Shown here one piece after another: positions 50,346-63,952 of a stretch of 64,000 bases of DNA. This DNA is from Felis catus. Lineage: Eukaryota. The notes beneath the pieces were generated by a model that was not told the origin of the DNA, did not search any database, and was given only the letters and a program-made list of their open reading frames with translations. Numbering within the stretch: the stretch's first letter is position 1; each line of letters opens with the position of its first letter. The DNA is taken from assembly GCF_018350175.1 (NCBI RefSeq), contig NC_058383.1:14882001-14946000 (forward strand), read 5' to 3'. The translations under genes were made by a program, and so were the position numbers.

Positions 50346-52061
50346 AAAAGAGTACCAACAAGCATGTTAGAATCAACCAAGTATCTAAGGCTGCTACCAA
50401 AATTATTTAATAAAGAAAATACTAGACTAAAAATAAGTAGACAAACATTCTAGTTTTGACACTACTACTCATGTGCTCTGTGAATTTGGAGAATTGCTTA
50501 ATATCTCTGGGATGCTTTTTCTTCCCTTAAAGGCAAATGTTGGAGAAAATAATCCACAGGGTCCACTTGCGAGCTAACATCCTAATTTCCAAACTATCTG
50601 GTCTGCCTCAAGCCATTTGGCTACATTTTTAAGAGTTCAGGAAATATTTATGAAACATCACGGTCATGTCAAGGGAGCTATAGGAATTGATTACCCCAGG
50701 CTCCAAACACTTGGCACAAATGGTCAGGGCAGGATAAAGAGGCTAGGATTGTGCCAGTAAGAAGAGTAAATTCCTAAGTGCTCTCAACATGCTAAGACAT
50801 TAACTTGAGGGGAGAATTATCGTCCAGGTAAGAGGGGTCTGTTGCCACATCTGTCTAACCCGTGTTAATGACCAGAAACCATTTGTGTTTGATTTGGGGA
50901 TATCATGATGGTTTTGTGTTGTTTTGTTTTGTTCTTAGACAGCAAATTTCTCCCCTGAGTTAACATTAAAATTAGTTGACATCTTCTCAACACATCCTTT
51001 TTATTAAAAAAAAAAAAAAAAACCCAAAAAAGACAAAAGGCAAAGAGTGACTTGGGTTACGAACTGGGATGAGGTCCTGAGATGAAATATTCACACAGAC
51101 AATCCACAAACTCAATGATCTTCCGGGCGGGGAAGCAAAAGTTGATTATTTGTGAAGCGGACTGTGAATAAATTGGAAAAAAACGAGCTATTCGAGCTGT
51201 AGACAATTACATGGATATGTATTTATGTTTAGCATCAGTAGTAAAATTACATTTTCTAGTGAATCTACAGCTCAGAGCTTTAAAATATAGATCTTTTAAA
51301 ATGCAGCAAACAAAATTCCAAGGGTTACAAGAAATGTTTTATTTATAATGTTTGCATGAAACTAGACACGGTGCCCATCTGTCTCTTCCAATATATTTTC
51401 AAAACCAGATTTACGGATTTTAACTAGAAAACTAAAAAGGATGGTGTTCTGACTCCACGCCAGCTTAATTCAGTCTATTATCATCTTTTTCTTCATTATA
51501 ACCTGGCTGATACAATTACCATAGTACCCTTCACTTGCCGGCTTCATGCTGTGTCCCATTATGATGCATTCTTCCAAGGATGCACCCGGTAATATCTACG
51601 TCTTTCTCACCCCTTCCTCTACATTTCCACATACTTGGTGTGGTGGGAGAAAAGGGCATCATCAGTGAATGAAGGACCAGAACTCTCATTACATGGCACC
51701 TCCTTCTTTGGAAAAAGACTTGAAGGAGAAAAATGCTCCTCAGAAAAGTGAGATTTCCCATTCATCCTCTATGGCTTCCCTTGCCTATTGTTTATACCCC
51801 TTCCCTCCCTCTAACTTCTCTTTTGCTGCTAGTTAGTCCCACCCTCTCATATGTGTCTCCCTTTATGGCTTTAATGACTCTGAACCTAGTTAAGAAAGAA
51901 TCTCGTGTTCTTCCAGCAACCATCTTTGATCACGGGGTCCACTCTAAGCCAACGAGATGCACAGCAGCTACGACCACTCGCAAAACAACCTTTCAAAGGA
52001 TTTTAAAAGTTCGTGATCATGGGTTTTTAAAAAAAAATAGATTGGAATCGCTTTTTTTAAA

Positions 52062-52236
52062 AAACGTCTAATTATTTATTTTGAAGGGAAGGTGTTAGGG
52101 GCAGAGAGAGAATCCCAATCAGGCTCCACACTCAGCACGGTGCCCAACATAGGGCTCGATCCCTTGACCCTGGGATCATGACCTGAGCCGAAATCGAGAG
52201 TCAGACACTTAACTGATGGAGTCACTCAGGTGCCCC
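52062..52236 (-). mobile_element. Can-SINE (older)
   Basis: gggatcatgacctgagccgaaatcgagag and caggtgcccc. Confidence 0.87.
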
Positions 52237-52685
52237 ATGATCTTGTGTAAGTAGAGGCCCAGAGATCAGAAAACATCGGGCATGAGGAAGAACCCCAGAG
52301 TCTCTGCTCCAGGCGGAGTGGGGGGTGATTCTTAGCTGAAATTTAGGCATCTGTAACTGCCATGTCTTTACCAAAGATTCAAAACGACTGAGAAATCTAT
52401 GTATATCCGGATTCTTTGATCTACTCAGAGAAAAACAAAGAGCCATTTATTATATTTTATCATAGATTGGAGATGAACTGAATAATTGAGCTGAAAATAA
52501 ATACTGGTAACTCATACCTGTGGGAACTTAGGGTATAATGATAAATCCTGCATAGGACTTCACCTAGTCAAGATTAAGTATCGGCTGATTTAAACTTGTC
52601 ACCCCAGCTCCCAAAAGACTAGTATGCTTCAGAGTCATTAGCTAGAGCTGTAGACCTCCAAATAATGAAAAGTGTCACCAAATAT

Positions 52686-52880
52686 GGGGCACCTGGATGA
52701 CTCAGTCAGCTGAGCATCTGACTCTTAATTTTGGCTCAAGTCATGATCCCAGGGTCATGGGATTGAGCCCCGTATCAGGCTCCATGTTGAGTGTGGAGCC
52801 TGCTTAAGATTCTGTCTCCCTCTGCTCCTCTCCCTGGCTCGCATGCATGCTCGCTCTCTCTCTCTCAAAACAAATTTTTT
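52686..52880 (+). mobile_element. Can-SINE (older)
   Basis: ggggcacctggatgactcagtcag head; flanks aagtgtca. Confidence 0.88.
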
Positions 52881-53275
52881 TAAGTGTCATAAAATTCATT
52901 TCTAAAATGCATGGGGAATGAGATAGGATCTGTAATAAATGGCTGGATAAGTAAATGGACGAATTAAGGAATAAAAAAACCTGTAAAACCTGTAAATACC
53001 TAGAAAGCAGGTATTAGTTATCCTGCTATGTTCTTAGTACAAATTTGTTGACCTGCAGGACAAAATGCCCACAATGAGGCCTAAAAAGCAGGAACAGAAT
53101 GGAGAGAAAGAATTTTTTGAGGATTTACTACATACTAGGTGCTAATCTCTTCGTCTTAGTTCCGAAACAACACTGGGGTCATTCTCATTTTTACACATTT
53201 TATATTTACTTCACACATGAGTAAACTAAAGTTCAGAGAGTTTAAATATTAAAGTACCATTTATGTACACAGACC

Positions 53276-53315
<40 letters not shown>

Positions 53316-54582
53316 ATCTTTGATTCTTACAATCTGATCAGGAATGTATCATTATTCTATTTGAAAGACAAAGAAACCGGGGTCCAGAAAGATCAAGAAA
53401 TTTGTCGCAGGTCACACAGCTATGAAGCAGCACAGCCAGGGTCAGAACGAGAGCAGGAGACGGCCCAGCAGTGTCCCTGGCTTCTGGCCCTTGTTTATTA
53501 CCACCATTCTCCAACACAGTCACAGACTCAGCAGCGAAAGGGCGATCTACAGAGAGCAGACCCACAGATTCCAGGCTGACTGTGACCAGGCAGAGGGCAA
53601 GAAACCCGTGGAAAGGCCGAATCAAACAGTGTGCATTTTTACAGCCACTGTTCAAAGCCTTGCTGCGTATCTCTTAGCTTTCCAAGACTCCCCTGAGTAA
53701 AAACAGGGTCATCCTTGCCTACAAAGGATGCCATGAGGATATGTGAGATGTCTACCAAGAAAGTGCTTCAATATCTTGTCAGTTGCATTCAGACCGACCA
53801 TTTGTCACTTCTTCCAACAGCGACCACTGACGAGAACACTCAGAGACAGGAGGCGTCTCTCTGCACCGGCAACACGCACAGCCCTGGTGCTCTGTGTCCA
53901 AGCAAGAACTGGAGAAAAGGAGACAGTGCAATTACAGGAAAAGCAAACCACAGTTTAAAAAAATGCTGACAAACAAAGATACAAACTAACTAAGTAGGGC
54001 TTATCCCAGGAATGTAAGGCTTGTTTAACATCCAAACATCAAAAATAAAGGCAATTGACCATTTCAACAGAATAAAGCGGAAAACCGCGCTGTCATTCCA
54101 GTTAGATGCCGGAAAAGCGCTGGACAAAATGGAAAACCTATTCATGACAAAACCTCAGAGCAAACCAGGAATAATGGGTATTTTCCTCCATATGATAAAG
54201 CCCATAGCTAACACGCCACTCGAGGCTTAAATACTGAAGGCTTCTGCTCCCCCCCCCTTAAAATTGGGAACAAGTCAACAATGCCCATTCTCACCACTTG
54301 AATTCGCCTTGGGACTATGGGTCTTAGTCACTGTGATAAAGGCAAGAAAAAAGAGAGAGATCTGAAAAGAAGAAGTAAAACTGTCTTTCTTTGCAGACGA
54401 TATGACTGTTTATATAGAAAATGACAAAGCATCTACAAAACAACTTTAGAACTAACCAATGCATTTAACGAAGTCACAGAATACGAGGTTCACATGAAAA
54501 TTCAACTGTATTTCTATATGGGAGCGGGAGAAGATGGAAAATGAAATTATAGAAACCAATTCCATGTTGGTAGTGAGAAAAA

Positions 54583-54630
<48 letters not shown>

Positions 54631-54927
54631 AGAAAAGAAACATAAGGTCCATCTAACCAAAAGATATGCAAGACCTCTAAATTGAAAACGTCAATTTAAG
54701 ATTATTTAGGTTCTGAAAGAATCTAGATAAATAGGGACAGATAACATCTTTATGGACTGAAATACTACTCGGTGTTGTTAAAAGTTTAATTCTTCCCAAA
54801 CTGACCTACAGATCTAATGCAATTCCTATCAAAATTTCATCAGGCTCTTACATTGATACTAACAATTTGGATTCCATATAAATATGAAAATGCTAAATAT
54901 CTACAAAAAGCCAAAGCAATTTTGTGT

Positions 54928-55146
54928 AATATTTATTTATTTATTTTGACGGGGGGAGAGGGGGAGAGAGCACGAACAGGGGAAGGGCAGAGAGAGACAG
55001 AGAGGCAGAGAGAGGGAATCCCAAGCAGGCTTCATGCTGTCAAGAACAGAGCTCGATGAGGGGCTCGATCTCATGAACCAGGAGATCATGACCAGAGACG
55101 AAATCAAGAGTCAGGCGCTTAACCAACCGAGGCACGCAGGGGCCCT
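54928..55146 (-). mobile_element. Can-SINE (older)
   Basis: Flanked by aagcaatttt repeats. Confidence 0.88.
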
Positions 55147-56173
55147 GAAGCAATTTTTTAAAAAAAGAACAAACTTATCTCAGCTGAGTTCAGGATTTAT
55201 TTTAAAACCACAGTAATCAACAAAGAAAAAAAAGACAAACAAAAAACCAGACTCTTAAATACAGAGAACAAATTGGTGGTTGCCGGGGGGGGGGGGGGGG
55301 GGCAGGCAATGGGTGGGGGGATGGGTGAAACAGATAAAGGGAATTAAGAGTCACTTATCCTGACGGACATTGAGCAATGTATAAAATTGTAAAATCATTA
55401 CATTGTACACCTGAAACTAATGTAACACTGTATGCTAATAATACTTCAATTAAAAAATAAAATAAAGTAAATAAACAATGGATGGAGAACCTAAAAAAAT
55501 ATGTACAAGAATTATAGATCACTGGAATAGAATTAAGAGTCAAGGAATAGAACTATACACATATGTAATCATTTGATATTCTACAAAGGTCCTAACATAA
55601 TTCAGTAACAAAAGATTGGTCTTTGTTGGTTAGTTTAATAAATGATGCTATAATAATGCACTACTAGGTATTTACCCAAAGAATAAAAAATACTGATTTG
55701 AAGGGATACATGCACCCCAATGTTTATAGCAGCACTATCAACAATCACCAAATTATAGAAAGAGCCCAAATGTCCATCGACTGATGAATGGATAAAGAAG
55801 ATATGATATATATACATATAACACACACACACACACACATATACGGATGGTTATATATACACATACATACCTACAACGGAATATTACTCAGCCATAAAAA
55901 AGAATGAAATCTCGCCATTTGCAATGACGTGGATGGAGCTAGAATGTATTATGCTAAGTGAAATGAGTTGGAGAAAGACAAAAACCATGTGATTTCCCTC
56001 ATATGTGGAATTTAAGAAACAAAACAGATGAAACATAGGAAAAGGGGAGAAAAAAGAGAGAGGAAGACAAACCATAAGAGACTCTTAATGATAGAGAACA
56101 AACTGAGAGTTGATGGAGGGAAATGGGTGGGGGATGGGCTATATGGGTGACAGGTATTAAGATGGGCATTTGT

Positions 56174-56372
56174 GGGGCACCCGGGTGGCTCAGTTAAGCA
56201 TCTGACTTCGGCTCAGGTCATTATCTCATGGCTCATGAGTTCGAGCCCCACATTGGGCTCTGTGTTGACAGCTCAGAGCCTGGAGCCTGCTTCCGATTCT
56301 GTGTCTCCCTCACTCTCTGCCCCTCCCCCGCTGATGCTGTCTCTCCTTCAAAAAAATAAACATTAAAAAAAA
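56174..56372 (+). mobile_element. Can-SINE in an L1 3'UTR
   Basis: Head, CT tract and tail present. Confidence 0.92.
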
Positions 56373-56916
56373 TAGAGGGGCACTTGTGATAAGCACAGGG
56401 TATTGTATGTAAGTGATGAATCACTAAATCCTACACCTGAAACTAATATTACACTGTATGTTAACTAGCTAGAATTAAAATACAAACTTGAAAAAGGAAA
56501 GAAAATCAATAAAGGACACTGGTAAAGGTGAAAACTAAAATCAAATAAATGATGCTGTAACACCTAGATATCCACATGGAAAACAAACAAACAAATACTG
56601 ACCATTATTTCATATCATAAATAAAAATGAGCTCAGAATTGACTACAGACCCCAATATAAAAGCTACAAACCATGAAGTACTAGAAAAAAGTAGGAGAAA
56701 TCTTTATGACTTTGGGATAGACAAAGATTTATTAAACATGAAAAGCATAAATCATACCAGAAAATAATGATACATGTGCTTTAGAAAAATAAAAGTATTA
56801 GCACTTTAAAGGTCATTGTGGAGAAAAATGAGAGGGCAAGTCATAGATTGGGAGAAAATATTTGCAACATGTACATCAGACAAAGGTTTTAGATCTGGGA
56901 TATACAAAGAGCTCTT

Positions 56917-57127
56917 TTTTCCAAGTTTATTTATTTTTGAGAGAGAGAGACAGCAGGAATGGGGAAAGGGCAGAAAGAAAGAAAGAGAGAAAGAGAGAGA
57001 TTCCCAACCAGGCTCCCGGCTATCAGCACAGAGCCTGACGCAGGGCACGAACTCATGAAACTGAGATCATGACCTGAGCTGAAACCAAGAGTCAGACGCT
57101 CAACTGACTGAGCCACTCAGGCACCCC
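56917..57127 (-). mobile_element. Can-SINE (older)
   Basis: TSD aaagagctctt at 56906-56916 and 57129-57139. Confidence 0.92.
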
Positions 57128-57160
57128 TAAAGAGCTCTTATACTTAAATATAAGAGAACA

Positions 57161-57381
57161 GGGGCGCCTGAGTGGCTCAGTCGGTTGGGTGACCGACTTC
57201 GGCTCAGGTCATAATCTTGATGTTTGTGAGTTTGAGCCCTGCGTCGGGCTCTGTGCTGACAGCTCAGAGCCCGGAGCCTGCTTCGGATTCTGTGTCTCCG
57301 TCTCTCTCTGCCCCTCCCCTGCTCACGTTCTGTCTCTCTCTGTCTCTCAATAACAAATAAACGTTAAAAAAAATTTTTTTT
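57161..57381 (+). mobile_element. Can-SINE
   Basis: TSD aagagaac; head ggggcgcctgagtggctcag. Confidence 0.93.
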
Positions 57382-57687
57382 AAAGAGAACCTAGTAAAAA
57401 ATTGGTACAGACCTTCACAAATGAAGAAATACAAATAGTCAACCAGTAGACACAAGAAAAGATGCAGGTCATTAGGGAAATGAAAATAAAAACCACGATT
57501 ACATGCCCACTCCACCCCCAGTGGAATGGTTAAAATTAAAAAGACTGATAATTTCAGTGCTGGCAAAGATGCGGAGTAACTGGAAATCTCATACTCTAAT
57601 CACAGGAATGTAAAATGCCACAACCACTTTGGAACACAGTTTGGCAACTGGCGGAAGGTTAAAAATCCACCTGCCCTACAACCAGCC

Positions 57688-58047
57688 GCCTTAGCTCATT
57701 TGGGCTGCTGTAACAAAAATACCATAGCCTGGGCGACTTGCACAATAGAAAAGTCCTTCTCGCAATTCAGGAGTCTTGCAGTCCCACAGTGAGGTGCTGA
57801 CAGATTTGGCATCTGGTGAGACTCCACTTCCTGGATCACAGATGCCCATCTTCTTGCCGTGTCCTCACACGGCAGAAGAGGCAAGGAAGCTCTCTGTGCT
57901 CTCTCATAAGGGCACTAATCCCAACCAATGAAGACGCCATACTCTAAACACAATCGCCTCCCAAAGGCCTCATCTCCAAATACCTTCGCATTGGGGATTA
58001 GGTTCCAACATATGAATTTTGAGGGGACGCAAACACTGAGTCTATAA
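57688..58047 (-). mobile_element. MaLR LTR (MLT1A-like)
   Basis: gctgctgtaacaaaaataccatag, ataagggcactaatccc, ccaacatatgaattttgagggga. Confidence 0.87.
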
Positions 58048-58503
58048 TACCACCTATTTTTAGTTGTTGACTCAAAAGAAATGAAGACACGTGTCTCCTT
58101 CAAGACATAAACAAGAATGCTTTATTTGGCATCCGTATATGGCTAAAAAATAGCCCAGCTGTGGCATATCCATCCAAGAGAATACTACTCACCAATAAAA
58201 AGAAATGACCTGTGATATGTAGCAAAATGGGTGAATCTCAGAATAGTTATGCCCAAAGAGGCCCAAAGCAAGAATAAATACCGCATGATTCCATTCATGT
58301 GAAATTCCGCAAAATGAAAACTAATCTGAGGTGACAGAATGCAGATCAGTTGGGAGCAGGGATCAGGGCGTATGTTGGAAAGAATGGATTGCAGAGAGCA
58401 GATGGAAGTTTGGGGATGTGATGGAAACCTCTGATGTCTTCTTTACTGGGGTAGTTTCATAAGTATATAATTTATCAAACCTCATCACATTGCTTTAAAC
58501 CAT

Positions 58504-58720
58504 TAAAAAAAATTTTTAACGTTTTATTTATTTTTGAGACAGAGAGAGACAGAGCATGAACGGGGGAGGGGCAGAGAGAGAGGGAGACACAGAATCGGAA
58601 GCAGGCTCCAGGCTCCGAGCCGTCAGCCCGGAGCCCGACGCGGGGCTCGAACTCCCGGACCGCGAGATCGTGACCTGAGCTGAAGTCGGATGCTTAACCG
58701 ACTGAGCCACCCAGGCGCCC
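58504..58720 (-). mobile_element. Young SINEC_Fc
   Basis: TSD tgctttaaaccat; CpG-rich and near-consensus. Confidence 0.95.
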
Positions 58721-60484
58721 CTGCTTTAAACCATCTTAAATATGTGCAGTATAGTGTATGGAAACTACATCTCAATATATTTTTTAAAATAATAAGCCAG
58801 AGCAAATTGAGAATAGGGTGAGGGGACAAGAAAGCATTCCATCTAAGGAACAAGACGCTTGAGGAACATAATCACTGCCACCAGGTATCTGGTGGGCCAT
58901 CAAATGCAAAAGTCTGATTCTGCACTGCCTCTTCACAAGGTCCAGGACAAACTGGTGGAATTTGAAGGTAGCAAACTTCATCTGCAAATAAGAAACAGAT
59001 TCCTAACCCAAAAGAATAATCCAAAGATAAAAATGGCCACCATGCTGAAGAGGGAGTTTCTTGGTACTGGAGGTATTCATGGAGAGGCAGGGCAGACTGG
59101 GGTTTTGTAGAAACATTTTGGGGAAGGTAGAGGCAACCCCTAAGACTTCTTCCAACTGGACGATTCTAGGATTCTGCAAGACTAGAAGTTCCCTGTTGTT
59201 CGAAGCCCAAGGTTACACCATCTTGCTTTACACCGGGTGATTTTCCCCAAAGAAAATTAAAACATCAGGATAGAATTGAGGAGGAACTTTCTATCCTCTC
59301 TATTTGGCGTCTGACTCCCCTGCTTTCCTTTGGCAGAGGACCACTCTCACTGAAGAGAGACGGTTTTTGATTTTGCTCCTCTCCAAAAGCGCGTATCCTC
59401 GTGAATAACATGCCTGAAGTTAGCATAAACCCCGGTGGAAACACCTACTGTGATTCAGCGTGGCTGACTCGCAAAGTCCTCCTCATCGGACATCTAACTC
59501 ACACCTTCGTCTCCTGCTGTGTTGGAGGGATGCATGGGTGTAATCGTTAAGCATCAGGACAAAACTACAAAACCCATAAGAACTCATTCATGCATGCGTG
59601 CATGCATGCATTCATTCACCCGATGAACATGTCAGCATTTTGATGTATTAGGACACTCTCTTCCCTGATCTGTGTGGGCTCTTCTCATTGTTATTTCCAG
59701 GGCTTCACCTGACTTAGGGAGGAGGACATTCATCGAAGGAGACGCATTTTAGGAAGGGAAACAGAAATAAAACCTCACAGGCTGCCCCAGTAGGCCTAGC
59801 CCGACACCGGTGTTAGACTGATACATAGCTCAGGGTCTCCGTGGGTAATTTCTTATCATACTCGACAGGCTGGGGTTCATCCTATCGGCTAAACTCTACA
59901 TGAAAAATGGGACACTGCCTGGAGATTTGACCCCACTGTCGCAAACAGGACTCCAGCCACCTAGGCAGCCAAGCTGTTTGCTCTTTCTCGCTCTAGCTCT
60001 CTCCCTTGGGGACAGGTCAGTCTTCATGAGCACCTTCACCGGGTGCCACGCAAGGGCAAAAGAAGGAACCTGCATGAACCCAACCACCTGTTTTCCAGCC
60101 ACCTGCTCTCGCGAGGAGAGGGAAGACCTACCTCATTTGGTCAGTAGCTTGATCTGCGGGTTTTTAATTTCATCGATCGCACTGGCCCCAATTTGAAAGC
60201 ATAATAGGGAGGTGTGTTTGCATTTAGCTCTTACAAATAACATCCTGAAAGTGCAAAGGAAAAATCCGTTGGGTAGTCAGAGGGAGAATAAGGGCCCATG
60301 CGTACCTGGTGAAGGAATATTCGTGAACCCTTGAAGAGTAAGCAAGGGACAGGAAACAAAGGCAGGGTCAGGCACAAGAAGAAAGACCCCTTTCCAATAA
60401 ATCAGAACAGGACCCAGTCAGCACTGAGGATTATTTAACTCTAGATTAAAGGGAAATCCTGAAAAAGAAAAGGCAGTGGGGGGG

Positions 60485-60698
60485 TGGGGGGTGACTGGGT
60501 GGCTCAGTCAGTTGAGTGTCTGACTTTTGCTATTGGCTCAGGTCATGATCTCACGGTTCACGAGTTCGTCGAGCCCTGCTTCAGGCTCTGTGCTGACAGC
60601 GTGGAACCTGCCTGGGATTCTTTCTCTCTCTCTCTCTGCCCCTCCCCTGCCTTGTGCTCTCTCTCTCTCTCAAAATAAATAAATAAAACACTTAAAAA
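60485..60698 (+). mobile_element. Can-SINE (older)
   Basis: TSD aaaaggcagtggg. Confidence 0.92.
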
Positions 60699-60765
60699 AA
60701 AGGCAGTGGGAAGTGTGACAGTAAAATATTTGTGTGAGAGATCACGTTGAATAATGTCCAACACA

Positions 60766-60980
60766 GGGGTGCCTGGGTGGCTCAGTGGGTTAAGCGTCCG
60801 ACTTCAGCTCAGGTCACGATCTCACGGTCCATGAGTTCGAGCCCCGCGTCGGGCTCTGGGCCAGTGGCTCAGAGCCTGGAGCCTGCTTCCGATTCTGTGT
60901 CTCCCTCTCTCTCTGCCCCTCCCCCGTTCATGCTCTGTCTCTCTCTGTCTCAAAAATAAATAAAACGTTAAAAAAAAAAA
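60766..60980 (+). mobile_element. Can-SINE (SINEC_Fc)
   Basis: Full length; flanks taatgtccaacaca / taacgtccgacaca. Confidence 0.94.
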
Positions 60981-61289
60981 GACTAACGTCCGACACAAAT
61001 TAACTGTAATTACTAATTTGAAAATGGGTTCACTGACATATTCTCATTTTAATTTTTCACATGGTTAGTGTCTTTTAAGCATTATCATAGATGTCTATTT
61101 CAACTAGGGGTTGTAAAACTCATTTTGTCAAATTTAGAGTTCATTAAAAGATAAACCGTGAACTCTAAAATGCTTTTATCTTGTATTTTATATCAAATTT
61201 GTTTGACAAATCTGAAGTCCGAGCTTTCCCATGTTTTAATATTGCTTTTGCCTTTAGGCATCATGACTTACTTTAAGAGACCCAACTTT

Positions 61290-61505
61290 GGGGCACCTGG
61301 GTGGCTCAGTCAGTTAAACATCCGACTTCGGCTCAGGTCATGATCTCACTGTTCACGAGTTCAAGCCCCACGCTGGGCTCTGTGCTGACAGCTCAGAGCC
61401 TGGAGCCTGCCTCAGATTCTGTGTCTCCCTCTCTCTCTCTGCCCCTCCCCCACTCATGCTCTGTCTCTGTGCCTCAAAAATGAATAAACGTTAAAAAAAA
61501 TTTTA
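61290..61505 (+). mobile_element. Can-SINE
   Basis: Full head, CT tract and tail. Confidence 0.94.
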
Positions 61506-61866
61506 AAGACCGAATTTGACATAAAATAAGGTTTTCTTCACAACAAACAAGAACCTAAACGAAAATTGGTAAGTTCTTAGATTAAATTAACAAAGTCAAG
61601 ATTTAGATATTTTCTCAAGTATAGGTAAGATCTTAGTTAAACTCAGGCTTCAGAGAGACTACTCAGGTAGAAAGGTGATCTGGATTGGAAATCCTTTAAA
61701 ATAAATTCCTCATTATGATTTTCAAGGGCACTCAATAACAAATGAAAGCAGATAAGAAAAATATTCTATTTATATGTCTAACCAGGACAGCTCTGGAGAC
61801 TAAATAAATTTCATGGGTAATTAATATCATTTGCATGAAGACTAATATGCCTGAGATTAAAAGTTC

Positions 61867-62085
61867 TTTTTCTTTTTCTTTTGTTTAAGTTTATTTATTT
61901 TGAGAGAGAGTGTGTGTGACAGGGAAGGGTCAGAGAGAGAAAGGGAGAGAGAGAGAATCCCAAGCAGGCTCTATGCTGTCAGTGCAGAGCCCAATGCGGG
62001 GCTCGATCTCACAAACCATGAGATCATGACCTGAGCCAAAATCAAGAGTCGGATGCTTAACTGACTGAGCCACCCAGACACCCCC
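61867..62085 (-). mobile_element. Can-SINE (older)
   Basis: TSD aaaagttcttttt. Confidence 0.92.
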
Positions 62086-62889
62086 AAAAGTTCTTTTTCA
62101 AACGACATCTAATTTTCTGGAACATCCCTACTCTGACTCAGAGGGATGGCTGGCCCTGGTGAACACGTTTGTCCCAGAAAACCAAACAGGTCAAGGTAAG
62201 GGCAACAATTTAAGGCAAACAATTTAAGGCAGACCCCAGTTTCCATCAACCGAAACTGGCAAGTTTTCTAACAGAGTCTTGTCTCATTGGATACTTGAGG
62301 ATAATTGAACTTATTGCCATGGAAATTAAAACTCAAGTGGAAAACGAATACCCTCTACATATACGCATATGTGCGTGTGCACACACACATTGTGTATGTA
62401 GATGTAGTTTCCAAACATGCTCAAAATTACAGAGATGATAAAATGAATCCCCACATAGTCGTAATCCGGATTCAATCATTTTTAAGATTTGGCCACATTT
62501 ACTTCATCTGTCCTTTTAACCTCTTTTTTGCGGAAACACTGCAAAACACATGTCGGGTATCGTGTCATTTCACCCCCACCTACATACTTCAGTGCACACC
62601 TATTAAAAAAACAAACTTCTTCTTACATAACCGTATACTGTTATCACCCTAACAAAATAAACAAGAATTCCTCAGTATCAGCTAATTCCCATGCATAATT
62701 CCATCTCCCTGATTGTCTCACGGGCATTATGTTATACGATCACGTCGGGATACAAACAAAACAAACCTGTCTTCTAGAACCAACCACCCTCTTCCCTGCT
62801 GCCCCCTCTTTTCAAGGCGTTTTAATTTGTTACAGAAATTAGGTCAACTGTCCTGTAGTCCCACTGCAAAATAATAAGAAATGCACACA

Positions 62890-63635
62890 TTTGTCTGTGA
62901 CCCCAGTTCCTGCTAAGATTGATCTTTGACCCTGTTCCTGACATAGACCTCCTAAATCCCACGGCATTTCCGGAGCGACAGGAGGATCTTTTGTTCTAAC
63001 GAGGCAATTCGGGGTGAGCTCCTGGATGGGGGCTGGCCCCCGGAAAGACCAAGCCATGATTACATGTTTGGAACTTACAGACCCACCCCTCATTCTCTGA
63101 GGAGGGGAGAGGAGCTGGAAATCGATCGTGCCTATGTGATGAAGCCTCCATAAAAATCCCCAAACTACAGGGCTTGGGAAGCTTCCATTAGTGAACATAC
63201 ACACATGCCAGGGTTGGGGGGGGGGCATACCTCAACTCCATAGGGACGAAAGCTTCTGCACTTGAGACCCTTTCTAGACTCCACTGTCTATGCCTCTTAA
63301 GCTGGCTGTTCGTCCGTATTCTTACCGTATCTTTTATCGTATAATCAGCTGGTAAATGTGTTTCCTGAGTTCTGTGAGCTGTTCTAGCAAATTACCGAAC
63401 CCAAGGAGGGGATCATGGGCACCTTGATTTGCAGCTGGTCAGGCAGAAGTACAAGGGACAACGTGAGACTTGCTGGCATCTCAAGTGAGGGCAGTCTTGT
63501 GGGACTGAGCCTTTAACCTGGCATCAGACACTAACTCCAGGAAGACAGTGTCAGAACCGAATCGAACTATAGGGCACTCGGGTGGTGTCGGAGAACTGGT
63601 CAACGTAGACACATGCATCTGGTGTCAGAAGTGTC
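62890..63635 (+). mobile_element. ERVL LTR (MER21-like)
   Basis: ggaaagaccaagccatgatta, gcctatgtgatgaagcctccataaaaatccc, ttcctgagttctgtgagctgttctagcaaatt, tggtgtcagaagtg. Confidence 0.8.
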
Positions 63636-63757
63636 ATGGGTGTTTGGGGCCTGTAAAAGACAGCAGCAAGCTTGTCCTGGTCACCCAAGAAGACTGTGTG
63701 ATGTTATTTAGCTAATCTCTCTGTCCCTCATTTTTCCTAAAAACAGAAGTTGGCCTT

Positions 63758-63952
63758 AGGGATGCCTGGGTGACTCAGTCGGTTGGGCATCCAACTCGAT
63801 TTGGCCTCAGGTCAGGATCTCACGGTTCGTGGGACTGAGCCCCGAGTCAGGCTGCACGTTGGCAGGGCAAAGCCTACTTGGGTTCGTCTCTCTCCCTCTC
63901 TCTCTCTGCCCCTCCCCTGCTTGTGGTCTCTCTCAAAAATAAAAATAAAGAA
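63758..63952 (+). mobile_element. Can-SINE (older)
   Basis: gggatgcctgggtgactcagtcgg head with CT tract and A tail. Confidence 0.9.

Larger units (their letters stand above)
53965..58790 (+). mobile_element. Decayed L1M ORF2-3'UTR host containing younger L1 3' ends (about 55220-55470 and 55655-56500), an MLT1 LTR and five SINEs
   Basis: RT relic tttgcagacgatatgactgt (FADDM); host sequence resumes after each insert. Confidence 0.8.

Noticed and set aside
49663..50380. Low-complexity ORFs (RKEG / PSFL repeats)
   Set aside because: These are translations of the GGAA array.
11835..63635. Two MER21-group LTRs as the ends of one provirus
   Set aside because: They are in opposite orientation, 50 kb apart, divergent, and have no internal ERV sequence between them.
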